Of a stretch of 64,000 nucleotides of DNA, positions 1 to 13,242 are shown one piece after another (the first letter of the stretch is position 1; each line of letters opens with the position of its first letter). Origin of the DNA: Malacoraja senta (lineage: Eukaryota). A program made the position numbers and the translations under genes. The stretch covers positions 6,822,001 to 6,886,000 of the forward strand of contig CM075993.1 in the NCBI GenBank assembly GCA_038087875.1, in the 5' to 3' direction. The notes beneath the pieces are model-generated. The model made no database searches and was not told the origin of the DNA. It was given only the letters and a program-made list of their open reading frames with translations.

Positions 1-374
1 TTCGGCACGGACTTGAAGGGCCCAGATGGCCTGTTTCCGTGCTGTTATGGTTATATGGTTATATGGTTATAGAGGGCAGTGGAGGCCAAATCACTGGATG
101 GATTTAAGAGAGAGTTAGATAGAGCTCTAGGGGCTAGTGGAATCAAGGGATATGGGGAGAAGGCAGGCACGGGTTATTGATAGGGGACGATCAGCCATGA
201 TCACAATGATCACAATGAATGGCGGTGCTGGCTCGAAGGGCTGAATGGCCTCCTCCTGCACCTATTTTCTATGTTTCTATGTTTCTATTTGTTATTTGAC
301 CCAGAGTGTCTCCAGATCCATTAGACTATGATCCATTTTGCTTCATCATCAACCATTCACTGCACACTTTGGAG

Positions 375-665
375 ATCCAGTGCGGATACAGGGTCTTCGG
401 CCCGTCAAATCTGTTCCGACCAGCAATCCTCCCGTTCACTGGCACTACCCTATGCAGTAAGAACAATTTACAGTTTTACCGGAGCCAATTAACCTTCAGA
501 CCTGCATGCCTTAGGAGTGTGGGGGGGAAACCGGGGCACCCGGAGATAACCCACGCAGTCACGGGGAGAACGTACAAACTCCGTACAGACAACAGCCGTG
601 GTCAGGATCAAACCTGGGCCTCTGGCACTGCGAGTGGGCTACTCTACCGCTGCGCCACCGTGCCG
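375..665 (-). mobile_element. tRNA-derived SINE (HE1/V-SINE-like)
   Basis: Minus strand reads GGCACGGTGGCGCAGCGGTAGAG (A box), then a B-box-like region, the conserved core and a LINE-like tail. Confidence 0.8.
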
Positions 666-2802
666 CCTTCTTTTCGACTATGTTTCGGATTAAATAAACG
701 CACCTCATCTCCCACTGCTTCTGCCCTGAATTAACTTCCCCAACAATGAACATTGCGATGCCTCACCAATCTTAACCCTGTGAAGGTTCTGATGAAGCTT
801 ATTTAAACGACACTTTTGCTTTTCTATAGTGGCCATCACTTATAATCATAAACTTACATCTCATCCAACCCACATAATGCCATTAACATTCTCCAAATTG
901 TCCAAAGAGTAATGAGATTAATTTGGCCCAGTTTAGTTTAGTTTATTGTCACGTGTACGGAGGTACAGTGAAAAGCTTTTTGTTGTCTGCTAACCAGTCA
1001 GTGAAAAGACTGTACATGACTGCAATCCAGTCGTCCACCGTGTACAGATACAGGATAAATGGTATTTAGTGCAAGATGAAGTCCAATTAAAGATAGTTTG
1101 AAGGTCTCCAATGAGGTAGATGAGGTACAATGAAGACTGCACTCTGAGAGAACGGTTCAGTTGCCTGATAATAACTTGGAAGAAACTATCCCTGAATCTG
1201 GAGGCGTGCGTTTTCACATTTCTGTGCCTTTAACATTAGTAAATTAAACAACATTCGATGATGTTCACAATTTGAGGGCAGCAGGCCCGGGTTCAATCCT
1301 GACCTCAGCTGCTGACTTTGTGGAGTCTGCATGTTCTCCTTGTGACTGTGTGGGTTTCCTCTGGGTTCTCTGGTCTCCTCCCACATCTCAAAGACAAGCG
1401 GGATTGTGGGTTTAATTGTCCCTCTGTACATTGCTCCTGGTGTGAAGGGAGTGGGTGGGGAAAGTGAGATGACGTAGAACTAGTGTGAACGGGTCATCCA
1501 CGCTCGGCATGGACTCTCTGGGCCAGTTTCCGTGCTGTATCTCTAAGCTAAGATTTCAACTTTCTTTCAATGACTGTTGACCCTATAGCTGTTCCAGTCC
1601 TTCTTAATCCACTAAGGCTGATTCTATACTCAGCCGAGCTTGTGGTAGATGGCTGTAAATGAATGAGTTCTTGCCTCCGAGGCTCATTTGTGCCCCTTGT
1701 CCTCTCCGAAGCTGCATAAATTAAGGAAAATCTTGGTAAGGTGCAGCTTTGCCTGGGTCTGCCCGGAACTCTAGTTACAGAGATGACAGAAAGCTACAAT
1801 TAACTCGTTATCACCTAGCCCACAGCCAACAATGGAGCATTGTGGGCTCCACATTTTCTTGATTTTCATTGCTTTCTGCAAATCGTCCATTCATTATCCT
1901 GCGTACTGACCATATCTCTCGTTCCCCTGACTCTGAGTCTGAAGAAGGGTCTCCACCCGAAATGTCACCTATTCCTTCTCTCCAGAGATACTGCCTGTCC
2001 CGCTGAGTTACTCTAGCATCTTGTGTCTGTCTTTGGTTTAAACCAGCATCTGCAGATCCTCCCCTACACACAGTATCATTTGAAGTGTTGGCTTGGGATT
2101 TCTGTTCTGAAGGGACAGCCCAGAACTTAGTGACAGGACCTTTTCTTTACTGCAGACTTTGACTTTCGAGATACAGCGCAGAAACAGGCCCTTCAACCCA
2201 CCGATTACACACCAACCAGCAATCACCCCATACACTAGCGTTATCCTACACACCAGGGGCTTTTTACAATAGTTTACCGAAAACATATAACCTGCAAGCC
2301 GACATGTCTTTGGAACGTGGGAGGAAACCGGAGCACCAGGAGGAAACCCACCTGGTCACAGGGAGAACGTACAAACTCCGTACAGGCAGCACCCGTGGTC
2401 AGGATCGAACCTGGGTCTCTTGCGCTGTGAGGCAGCAACTCTACCGCTGCGCCACTATGACAATGTCTTGACCAAATGTATAAATAGAGCCTGTTGCACA
2501 GCTTATCCTGAAGTTTTACAGGACACTTCATCTCTCCTCAAAAGTACCTACCTCTTGAGACGATGCAACTCTCTGTATCCACACAAACAACACACAGCCT
2601 GCATTTGTGCAAGGCACAAAACTGGTAACAAAGGCACGAATATTAGACCAGGTCAGTAAAGTCTTGATCGTGTGATTTTAAGATTAGTCTTAAAGGAGGG
2701 CAGAGCAGTGGAAAGACCTGAGATGCCCCAGGAAAGCACATTGACCACGTGGGTTTTCTCCGGTAGCCCCGGTTTCCTCCGACACACTTATTAGACTTGC
2801 TG

Positions 2803-3095
2803 CACGGTTGCTGCCTTACAGCGCCGGAGACCCGGGTTAGGTCCTGACTATGGGTGCTGTCTGTACGGAGTTTGTACGTTCTCCCCGTGACCTGCGTGGG
2901 TTTTCTCCAAGATCTTCGCTTTCCTCCCACGCTCCAAAGACGTACAGGTTTGTAGGTTAATTGCCTTGGTGTAAATGTAAATTGTCCCCTAGTGTGTGTA
3001 GGGCAGTGTTAATGTGCGGGGATCGCTGGTCGGTGCGGACCCGGTGGGCCGAAGGGCCTGTTTCCGCGCAGTATCTCTAAATTAAACTAAACTGA
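2803..3095 (+). mobile_element. tRNA-derived SINE (HE1/V-SINE-like)
   Basis: Core GGAGTTTGTACGTTCTCCCCGTGACC...GGTTTCCTCCCAC and tail GGGCCGAAGGGCCTGTTTCC...(CTAAA)n. More than 20 copies in the window, e.g. about 1277, 2166, 3328, 4500, 5000, 9520, 14175, 20001, 22632, 27190, 37728, 41702, 46605, 59865, 60632, 63385. Confidence 0.85.
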
Positions 3096-5433
3096 GCTAA
3101 AACCAAACTTCACTTAGAATAAACTGAAAAGCTCCATGTAACATCTGTATTATTGACTAGTCTGAGGCTGTTGTGGTATGAGGTTCCTCATACCGAAGGC
3201 ACCTTAACTAACTGGATTTTCTATCGCTATTTTCCTCTCCTGCTGTACATACTACTGGCTGAGATAAAACATCAAGCCTAGGATTACGCAAAGCTGGTAA
3301 CTTTTCTGAATCAAGTGGGTAAAGTAGGCAGCACAGTAGCGCAGCGGTAGAGCTGCTGCCTTTCTGCGCCAGAGACCCGGGTTCGAACCTGACTACGGGT
3401 GCTTGTCTGTACGTTCTCCCCGTGACCTGCGTGGGTTTTCTCCTTGATCTTCGGTTTCCTCCCACACTCCGAAGACGTGCAAGTTTGTAGGTTAATTGGC
3501 TTGGTATAAAAGTTAAATTGTGTCGGGTACTGTTAATGTGCGGGGATCGCTGGTCGGTGTGGACTCAGTGGGCCAAAGGGCGCTGTATCTCTGAACTGAG
3601 AGAGTTAGATGGAGCTCTTAAAGATAGCGGAGTCAGGGGATATGGGGAGGTCAGGAGCGGGGTACTGATTGTGGATGATCAGCCATGATCACATTGAATG
3701 AGGGTGCTGGCTCGAAGGGCCGAATGGCCTACTCCTGCACCTATTGTCTTTTGTCTATTGTCAGAAACTAAACTAAACTAAATGGAGAAAAGGCACAGGA
3801 TATAATGGGTTATGAATGGTTTAATGGACTCTGGCTCCCTGAGTGCCAGTGATACAGATGAGTGCCAAGATGAGATACAAATGCCAAGTAAGACCACAAG
3901 ACACTGGAGCAGAATTAGGCCATTCTGCCCATGGAGTCCACTCAACCATTCCATCGTGGCTTATCTAGTTTTCTCTCTCAACCCCATTTTCCTGCCGCCT
4001 AACCGTAAACTTTGGAGCGCTTGCTAATGATAAAATGGACTGAAATGAGCTAAAGTTTAGAGGTGGGCGAGCACGTCCATGGCAAAGCATCACTTTCACT
4101 TCGACACTGCCATCTCAACATTTCCATTCCATTTCCGACTCAAGAACCTGTTCTATTTTAGCTGCTTCAAGATCACCAGCCTTTAGGCAATAGTGCTGTG
4201 TTTAGCTTGCTTGCCTGGTTGGTTGCATTGTGGACTGAGTTTAACCCAAGCTACTGTGAAATGCCATTAACCTCTCCACACAGAGGGTGGTGGGTTTATG
4301 GAACAAGCTGCCAGATGATGGTTTTGTTCAAGAAGGAACTGCAGATGCTGGAAAATCGAAGGTAGACGAAAGTGCTGGAGAAACTCAGCGGGTGCGGCAG
4401 CATCTATGGAGCGAAGGAAATAGGCAACGTTTCGGGCCGAAACGTTGCCTATTTCCTTCGCTCCATAGATGCTGCCGCACCAGATGATGTTTTTTGTTTT
4501 GTTTAGATTCGTTTTGAGATACAGCGCAGAAACAGGCCCTTCGGCCCACCGTGTCCGCGCCGACCAGCGATCCCCGCACATTAGCACACACTAGGGACAA
4601 TTTAACATTAATACCAAGCCAATTAACCTAGAAAACTGTACGTCTTTGGAGTGTGGGAGGAAACCGAAGATCTCGGAGAAAACCCACGCGGTCACGGGGA
4701 GAACGTACAAACTCCGTACAGACAGCACCCGTAGTTAGGATCAAACCGGGGTCTCTGGTGCTGTAAGCGCAGCAAGGCAGCAACTCTACCGCTGCGCCCC
4801 CGTGTAATGAGACAGGTACAATAACAGGACTTAAAAGACATTTGGACAGGTACATGGATAGAAAAGGTTTTGAAGAATTTGGGCCAAATGCAGGCAAATG
4901 TGACGAGATTCAGCATCTTGGTCAGCTTGGACAAGTTGGGCCGTAGGGCTTCTTTCAACATGAATAACCTCCAAAGATGTTGCCTGACCCACTGAGTTTG
5001 AGTTTAGTTTTAGAGATACAGTGTGGAAACAGGCCCTTCGGCCCACCGAGTCCGTGCCGACCAGCAATCCCCATACACTAGCACTATCCAACACACTAGG
5101 ACATTTTACAATTTTACCAAAGCCAATTAACTAACAAGCCTGTATGTCTTTGGGATGTGGAAGGAAACCGGAGCACCCGGAGAAAACCCACATGGTCACG
5201 GGGAGAACGTACAAGCTCCGTACAGACAGCACCCGTGGTCAGGACCGAACCCGGGTCTATTGTTCTGTAAAGCAGCAAATCTACTGTGTACAGACTAGAC
5301 TGGAGAGGAAGTTCAGACTGAAGTCATGCCGGCTGCTCCATATCTCGTAGCAGTGGAGATGCTCAAAGTGCAGATAGACACACAATGCTGGAGTCAGGCA
5401 GCAAAAGGAATAGGTGACGTTTCGGGTCGAAAG

Positions 5434-5461
5434 CTGAAGAAGGGTCTCGACCCGAAACGTC
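5434..5461 (+). ncRNA. Minimal hammerhead ribozyme-like core in a Penelope repeat (representative copy)
   Basis: CTGAAGA-A-GGGT-CTCG-ACCC-GAAAC-GTC contains the CUGANGA box, stem II, the GAAA box and a GUC triplet. Confidence 0.65.
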
Positions 5462-6096
5462 ACCTATTCCTTTTCTCCAGAGATGCTGCCTGACCCGCTG
5501 AGTTACTCCAGCATTTTGTATCCATCTTCGGTGTAAACCAGCATCTGAGGTTCCTTCCCACTCATGGTATGGATGCCTAGTTACTCATCAAAATCCCCCC
5601 TTTGGCTCAAAGCAGTTTACCATTCATCTTTGACAGTATCACGCAAAGACTACACTGACACCTATAAATGGAAATTGCAGATAAACTAATAAGGAACTAA
5701 CGTCAGAAAAAAACTTTTTCACAGCTCCGAAAACAGTTTAGATAACATCATGTGCCACTGTTGGGAAAACCTTACTGTCACCACTAGACAAACCAGAGAT
5801 TTTATTCGAAAATATATAAAAGGAACAACTTCCTCATTTGGAGAGTGTTTCAAATTTTGTTATACCTGTCTCAAAATTCTCCAGAACAGCAAGGAACTGC
5901 AGATCCGGATTTATACCAAAGACAGACAACAAATTGATGGAATAACTCAGCGGGTCAGGCAGCATCTCTGGAGAAAATGGATAGGTGATGTTTCGGATCA
6001 GGACCTTCTTCCGTGATTGCTGTTACATTTTGACTAGTGTGCAGGGTATGCCTACTATGAAGAAGTTCTCCTCCTCTCTCTGATCCGAAACATCAA

Positions 6097-6670
6097 CAGG
6101 GCCCTAGTGAGACCACACCTGGAGTATTGTGTGCAGTTTTGGTCCCGTAATTTGAGGAAGGACATTCTTGCTATTGAGGGAGGTTTACAAGGTTAATTCC
6201 CGGGATGGCGGGACTGTCATATGCTGGGAGAATGGAGCGGCTGGGCTTGTACACTCTGGAGTTTAGAAGGAATGGAGGGGATCTCATTGAAACATATAAG
6301 ATTGTTAAGGGTTTGGACACGCTAGAGGCAGGAAACATGTTCCCGATGTTGGGGGAGTCCAGAACCAGGGGCCACAGTTTAAGAATAAGGAGTAAGCCAT
6401 TTAGAACGGAGACGAGGAAACACTTTTTCTCACAGAGAGTTGCGAGTCTGTGGAATTCTCTGCCTCAGAGGGCGGTGGAGACCGGTTCTCTGGATACTTT
6501 CAAGAGAGTTAGATAGGGCTCTTAAAGATAGCAGAGTCAGGGGATATTTGGAGAAGGCAGGAACGGGGTACTGATTGGGGATGATCAGCCATGATCACAT
6601 TGAATGGCGGTGCTGGCTCGAAGGGCCTACTCCTGCACCTATTGCCTATTGTTTATTGTTTATTGTCTTA
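6097..6670 (+). mobile_element. 5'-truncated CR1-clade LINE (HER1-like)
   Basis: Encodes [13 protein letters not shown]...RTRGHSLRI...LWNSLP, with a 3' UTR ending in TATTG-type repeats. Confidence 0.9.
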
Positions 6671-6802
6671 TTACCTATCCATTTTCTTCATGCTGCTGGA
6701 GCTGCTGAGTTACTCTAATATTTTGTGTCTCTTTGAGAATCTTTGGAGCTCGGCCCAAAGCTCCCTTGTCTGAATTGACTGGAGTCATTTTAAGGTGGGG
6801 AG

Positions 6803-7336
6803 TAAGGTTGCCAACTGTCCCATATTAGCCGGGATATCCCGTATATCGGGCTAAATTGGTGTGTCCCGTGCGGGACCACCCTTGTCCTGTATTTGACTGC
6901 TACTACTCAGGTCGAGGGGGACTGTCGGGTCGGAGCGCCGTGTCCGGCCCCCGCCTCACCCGTCCCGACGTAGTGCAGCCCATGGAGTGCAGCAGCAGCA
7001 GCAGCGCCTCGCCCATGGCCCCGTCGGTCGGGAGCCCGGCCAGCCGTCCAACCTTCGGACCTTCGCTTACCGCCGACACCACCACCCCTCCTTCTCATGG
7101 CCGATCATCGGTTCATGAGTTGGACGGGACGCTGGACTTTGCGCGTAATGTCACGCGGCCCGGGCCAAAACTCCTCAGCTGGGCCCGCCGGCTGGGCTTT
7201 GTGTGCAGTCCAGCACCGGGGCCAACTCATCATTCACCCAGCCACGGCCGAGTCGGTCAACGAGTTGCCGTCGGGAATTTGTCCCGTATTTTGACCTTTA
7301 GTCCCTTGTTTGGGAGTGGGAAAGTTGGCGACCCTA
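6803..7336. mobile_element. hAT-like MITE
   Basis: TIR TA(A)GGTTGCCAAC...GTTGGCGACCCTA; 8-bp TSD GTGGGGAG/GTGGGAAG. Confidence 0.82.
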
Positions 7337-7489
7337 GTGGGAAGATGCATGTAAGTTAACTACCTGGGATCTTTCAAGTGAGAAGTTAAACTCTGGGACC
7401 TCTTTTCCTCCCTCTCTTGGGTCGTACTTTAGGGACATGGGGGTTTCTGCAGGGAAACTCACTATTTGTCCGCCTTGGCCTACGCGATC

Positions 7490-8050
7490 TCCCGGTTGCC
7501 CAACACTACCTCCCCTTCCCATTCCCACACTGACCTTTCTGTCCTGGGCCTCCTCCACTGTCGGAGTGAGGCCCAGCGCAAATTGGAGGAACAGAACCTC
7601 ATATTTTACTTGGGCAGCTTGCACCCCAGCGGTATGAATATTGATTTCTCTAACCAAGTAACCCTTGCATCCCCCCTCTATCCACCCCCCCCCCTCTCTC
7701 CACCCCCCACCCGAGTCAGCCAACTAGTTTCACTGTTGCCCTGCTTAGTTTCACTTGTTGTCTCCCCTCATTATCACCTTCTCCACAGCCAACAATGGAC
7801 CATTGTGGGCTCCAACTTTCCTTGATCATCTGGCTGGCTTTGATTTGTTCTTTGCATAACTTTCATTCATTTGTTCTTTATACCTTTTCATACCTCTAGT
7901 TTCTTTCTCCCCTGTCTCTCAGTCTGACGAAGGGTCTCGACTCGAAATGTCACCTATTCCTTTTCTCCATAGCTGCCGCCTGACTCGCTGAGTAACAGCA
8001 TTTCGTGTCTATCTTCGGAGTAAACCAGCATTTGTAATTCTTTCCTACGC
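7490..8050 (+). mobile_element. Penelope-like element 3' fragment
   Basis: SPSHSHTDLSVLGL...LGSLHPSGMNIDF, then the 3' repeat with CTGACGA...GAAATGTC. Confidence 0.8.
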
Positions 8051-8079
8051 AACCTAATTAATTGGAAGACCTTTGGGAC

Positions 8080-8925
8080 ATCATTCTGGTCATCATGTTA
8101 TTGGAAAGATGTTGTCAAGCTGGAAAGGGTACAGAGAAGATTTACAAGGATGTTGCCAGGACTCGAGGGTCTGAGCTGTAGGGAAAGGTTAAGTTGGCTT
8201 GTACTTTATTCCTTGGAACGCAGAAGGATGAAGGGTGATCTTATGGAGGTGTATAAAATCATGAGAGGAAAAGATCGGGTAGATACACAGAGTCTCTTGC
8301 CCAGAGCAGGGGAATCGAGAACCAGAGGACATAGGTTTAAGATGAGGGGGAAAAATTCAATAGGAATTGGAAGGGTAACTTCTTACACACAAAGGGTGTG
8401 GTGGGTGTATGGATCAAGCTACCAAAAGAGGTAGTTGAGGCAAGGACCCACACCATCCTGGCCACACACTCATCTCCCGCTGCCTTCAGGTAGAAGGTAC
8501 AGGAGCCTGAAATCTGCAACATCCAGGTTCAGGAATAGCTGCTTCCCCACAGCCATCAGGCTATTAAACTCAACTCAAACAAAACTCTGAACATTAATAG
8601 CCCATTGCACTTTATCTGATTATTTATGTGTATATATATATTTATAGTATATGGTCACACTGATCTGTTTTGTAGTCAATGCCTACTATATTCTGTTGTG
8701 CTGAAGCAAAGCAAGAATTTCATTGTCCTATCTGGGACACATGACAATAAACTCTCTTGAATCTTGACTATCGTGACATTTAAGGAATAGTTAGACAGTT
8801 ACATGGATAGGATAGGTTTGCTGCCTAATGCAGGCATGTGGGACTAGTGTGGCTTGGACATGTTGGCTGGTGTGGGCAAGTTGGGCCGAAGGGCCTGTTT
8901 CCATGCTGAATCACTCTATGACTAT
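8080..8925 (+). mobile_element. CR1-clade LINE 3' fragment interrupted by a Rex/Babar-type tail (about 8453-8768)
   Basis: ORF 8150-8434 contains ERRRMKGDL...RTRGH. The CR1 tail resumes after 8768. Confidence 0.75.
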
Positions 8926-11900
8926 CGTGTGGATATGGGAAACTATAAAAATACGACAAAAAAAGCTCTCCCCTTCCCACTCAGCTTCCCTTCCCCTTTA
9001 TGATAATCATGAGATAAATCTTGCATGTTTTGTTTCACATGAAGTAATGTCAAAAACTAGAGTAAAGTTGAATTTAATGAGGAAGGAATTCTCTGCCTCA
9101 TTGGAGGCCAATTCTCTGGATGATTTCATGAGAGAGTTAGATAGAGCTCTTAAAGATAGTGTAGTCAGGGGATATGGTGAGAAGGCAGGAACGGGGTACT
9201 GATTGTGGATGATCAGCCATGATCACAGTGAATGGCTGATCACAGCTGGCTTGAAGGGCCGAATGGCCTACTCCTGCACCTATTGTTTATTGTCTATTTT
9301 AACCAGATAGAGTTGTGTTAGAGCACTGAATGCCTGACCAAGTAAAAAAACTCAAAAGAGTGCATAAGGCTCTGATGGTGAGAAAGCATCAGATAGGGAC
9401 CCAAGATTTAATTGCAATGAAACAATTTTGAATTTTCTAACAATTAGCTATAAGGAGAGGATGTCCGAACTTGGATTGTTTTCTATGGCTGAGAGGAGAT
9501 CTGGTAGAAGTATATACGGTTAGTTTAGAGGTAACAGGCCCTTCGGCCCACCGAGCTCACATCGACCAGCGATCCCCGCACACTAACACTATCCTACACA
9601 CACTAGGGACAATTATAATTACAATTACACCAAGCCAATTAGCCTACAAACCTGCACGTCTTTGGAGTGTGGGAGGAAATCGGAGCTCCCGGGGAAAACC
9701 CACGCATGTCACGGGGAGAACGTACAAACTCCGTACAGACAGCATCCGTGTTCAGGACCAAACCTGGGTCTCTGGCGCTGTAAGGCAGCAACTCTACCGC
9801 TGCGCCACCATGCCGCCCTATGGGAGGCATAGATAGGGTAGACAGTCAGAACCTTTTTCCGAAGATGGAAATGTCAAAGACTAGAGGGCAAAGCTTTAAG
9901 GTGAGAGGACCAAAGTTTGAAGAAGAAGCGCGGAGAAAGTTATTTTGTTCCACAGAGGGTGGTGGAATACACTGGCATTGTGGTAGTTGAGGTAGATATG
10001 AGAGTGGTACGTGGTGGAAAGACATTGTCAAAACTGAAGATAGACACAAAATGTTTCTAGTCGAGACCCTTCTTCAGACCCGAAACATCACCTATTCATT
10101 TTCTCCGGAGATGCTGTCTGACCCGCTAAGTTACTCCAGCTTTTTGTGTCCAACTTCCGTTTAAACCAGCATCTGCAGTTCCTTCCTACACGGAAAGACC
10201 TGGTCATGTGGAGAATGTGCAAACTCCACAAAAAAAAAGTGTCTGACGCCATGTTGGCAATTAACTGTATCTCTTCCATATCTCTCGTTTTCCTCTCCCC
10301 TGAATTTCAGTCTGAAGAAGGTGTCTCGACCCGAAACGTCACCCATTCCTTCTATACAGAGAATCTGCCTGATCACATGCCTGAGTTACTCCAGCATTTT
10401 GTGTCTTATCTTCTGGTAAGATACATACAGGACCACGTCAGAAGGTAGTTTGATATACCTGCCTTGGTGGAGGTGTCAATTTACCAAAGAACGGCAGCCT
10501 CACTGATATTACTAATGGTGAGCAAGTTTCTCTGATCCTTGGCATAAAGCTATTGTAAGTCTGCCTTTCCCCACACGCCACCCCAGCATAGTGGCATGTG
10601 GAAATTCCCAATGATGCCACGATTACTCATAGACTCAGCAACTGGGTCGAAGCATGCTGCTTTAGTGATGTGAAATCCCCCCCCCCCCCCCCCAAGTGTA
10701 TATGGATTTTAAAATATTCAATGAGCTAACTTTTAAAGGAATGAAAAAACTTTCCTTAAAGGGCACATTTCACAATCGCAAGGCATCCATAAACATACAC
10801 ATCCAAAGAATTGTGTAGGAAGGAACTGCAGATGCTGGTTTAAACCAAAAGTAGGCACAAGGTTACTGGAGTAACTCAGCGGGACAGGCAGCACCTCTGG
10901 AAAGAAGGAATAGGTGGCCTTTCGGGTCGAGACCCTTCTTCATCCAACCGCTTGTTTCACCTTGGACAAATTGTATGCAGCAGAATCCTTCATGTAAATA
11001 ATTCAATCCCTCTCGAATAAATAGTAGCAACAAGGAACTGCAGATGCTGGTTTACAAAACAAAAACACACAAAGTGCTGGAGTAACTCAGCAGGTTCAGG
11101 CAGCATCTGTGGAGAACACGAACAGGTGATGTTTTGGGTTGGAGACCCATCTTCACATTGATTTTCCCGCTTGACCCAAAAAGTAATTTGAGTTTCACTG
11201 TTAATTGGGGCACGTGACAATAAACTGACCTTTGAACCTTTGAAAGGTCACCCATCCATGTTCCCCGGAGAAGCTGCCTGACCCGCTGAGTTACTCCCGC
11301 ACTCTGACTTTTTTTTCCTCCTCTGTAATATTTTCGTGAAGCCAACTTTTTATTGAAGGGTGGATGACTTATTGCTCCTGTTTTCGTAGCGCATTCATGT
11401 TGTCTGTCAAGACATATATAGCAAGGCCTCGAGAGTTCCATCAAAACCTATCATGAACATGAGAATAGGAGCAGGAGTAGGCCACTCGGCCCCTCAAGCC
11501 TGTCCTACCATTCAGTATAATCAGGGCTGATCTACCCTTGGCATCAACCTCTCCACTGAGCTAGTCCCTAGTGGCCTCAATTCTAACATCTTTCAAAAAT
11601 GAGTCTACTTCCGCTTTCAATGAGGCCAATGATCGCAGCCGTCTTGGGTCAAGAATTCCAGAGATTGACCACCTCTGTGAGAAGTTCAAGTTCAAGTTTG
11701 TGTTTATTGTCACACGCACCAATTAAGGTAGAGTGATATTTGAGTTACCATGCAGCCATACTCAGTGAAACGCAACAATGCACACAGCCACATAAAATAC
11801 AATTTAACATAAACATCCACCACAGCGGGGTGCACATATTCTCACTGTGATGGAAGGTAGTGAAGTTCAATCATCTTCCTCTTTGTTCACCCGTGGTCGG

Positions 11901-12861
11901 GGCCGTTGGACGCTCCCGCATCTTACCACCAATCGGCCACACCACACCACCCCAATCTTGCAGCAATGATCCTTGTTCAAGATTTTCCCGAGACCTTTTG
12001 TGATTCACACACAATAACACCTAGATCCTTATTTCAATTCAATTCATCTGAACTTTACCCATTTTTAGTCTCTTTTCATTTAGATGATGATTTTTTTTTT
12101 TCTGGGACTGAGGAAGGGTTCAGCCGAAATGTCACCTATTTCTTTTCTCCAGAGATGCTGCCTGACCCACTGAGTTGCTCCAGCACTTAGTGTCTATCTT
12201 CGGTATAAACCAGCATCTGTAGGTCCCTGTGGAAGAAAGAACTGCAGATGCTGGTCTAAACCGAAGACAGACACAAAATGCTGGAGTAACTCAGCGGGAC
12301 AGGCGGCATCTCTGGAGAGAAGGAATGGGTGACGTTTCAGGCCGAGACCCTTCTTCCGACTGAGAGTTTGGGGCAAGGGAGACATGGGGATAAGGAAGGG
12401 TACGGTGTGAAAACGAGACATCAATGGGGATGGGGATCAAGGAAAATGTAGAATAGATCGTTGTTAGCTGGGGGAAGGTGACAATGAAGCATACAGAGAT
12501 AAAATTTGACAACGACGGAAACGGGTCTCGACCCGAAACGTCACCCATTCCTTCTCTCCAGAGATGCTGCCTGTCCCGCTGAGTTACTCCGGCATTTTGT
12601 GTCTATCTGCAGATCCTTCCTACACAATCAGTTTTATTTTATTCATCTTGACAAAGTGCATGACCTCACACTTTGCAACGTTAAACTTCATTTGCTGACT
12701 TTTCACCCGCTCACTCAGCCTAGCTACATCTGTCACTATCTATATCTTTCACTATCAATAGCCCACAGTTACAATATCCTCCTCATTGCAACATGTTTTT
12801 TTCCATCTATTTTGATGTTGTCACCAAACCTGGGTACCATAAATTCTTCCCTGGCCTCTAA

Positions 12862-13242
12862 AGGGCCTGTCCCACGGGCAGCATGCGACTCCATGCGGCA
12901 AGCGCGACCTAACCGCAAGCGGGGGCCGCGCGGAGGTCCCGCTTCGATCGCCGGAGCCGTATGGAGTTGTGCGGAGCTGGTCGGCTCCGAAAAACTGACA
13001 CTGTTCAAAAATTCCGTGCGGGAACGGCCTGCCGCCCCGCAGCCGCCTCGCCGCCATACGCACCGTCTTGACGTCACTCGACCTCCACGCGGCCCCCGCT
13101 TCCGATTTGGTAGCGCTTGCCGCATGCAGCCGCATGCTGGTGGGACCAGCCCTGTACGGGGATCACTCGACCTCCGCGCAGCCCCCGCTTGCGGTTAGGT
13201 CGCGCTTGCCGCATGGAGTCGCATGCCCGTGGGACAGGCCCT
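12862..13242. mobile_element. PIF/Harbinger-like MITE, GC-rich, with about 75-bp TIRs
   Basis: Termini AGGGCCTGTCCCAC...GTGGGACAGGCCCT; TSD TAA on both sides. Confidence 0.85.

Noticed and set aside
12506..13198. 230-aa ORF
   Set aside because: It runs across a Penelope repeat, unique intron sequence and a GC-rich MITE, with no recognisable domain.
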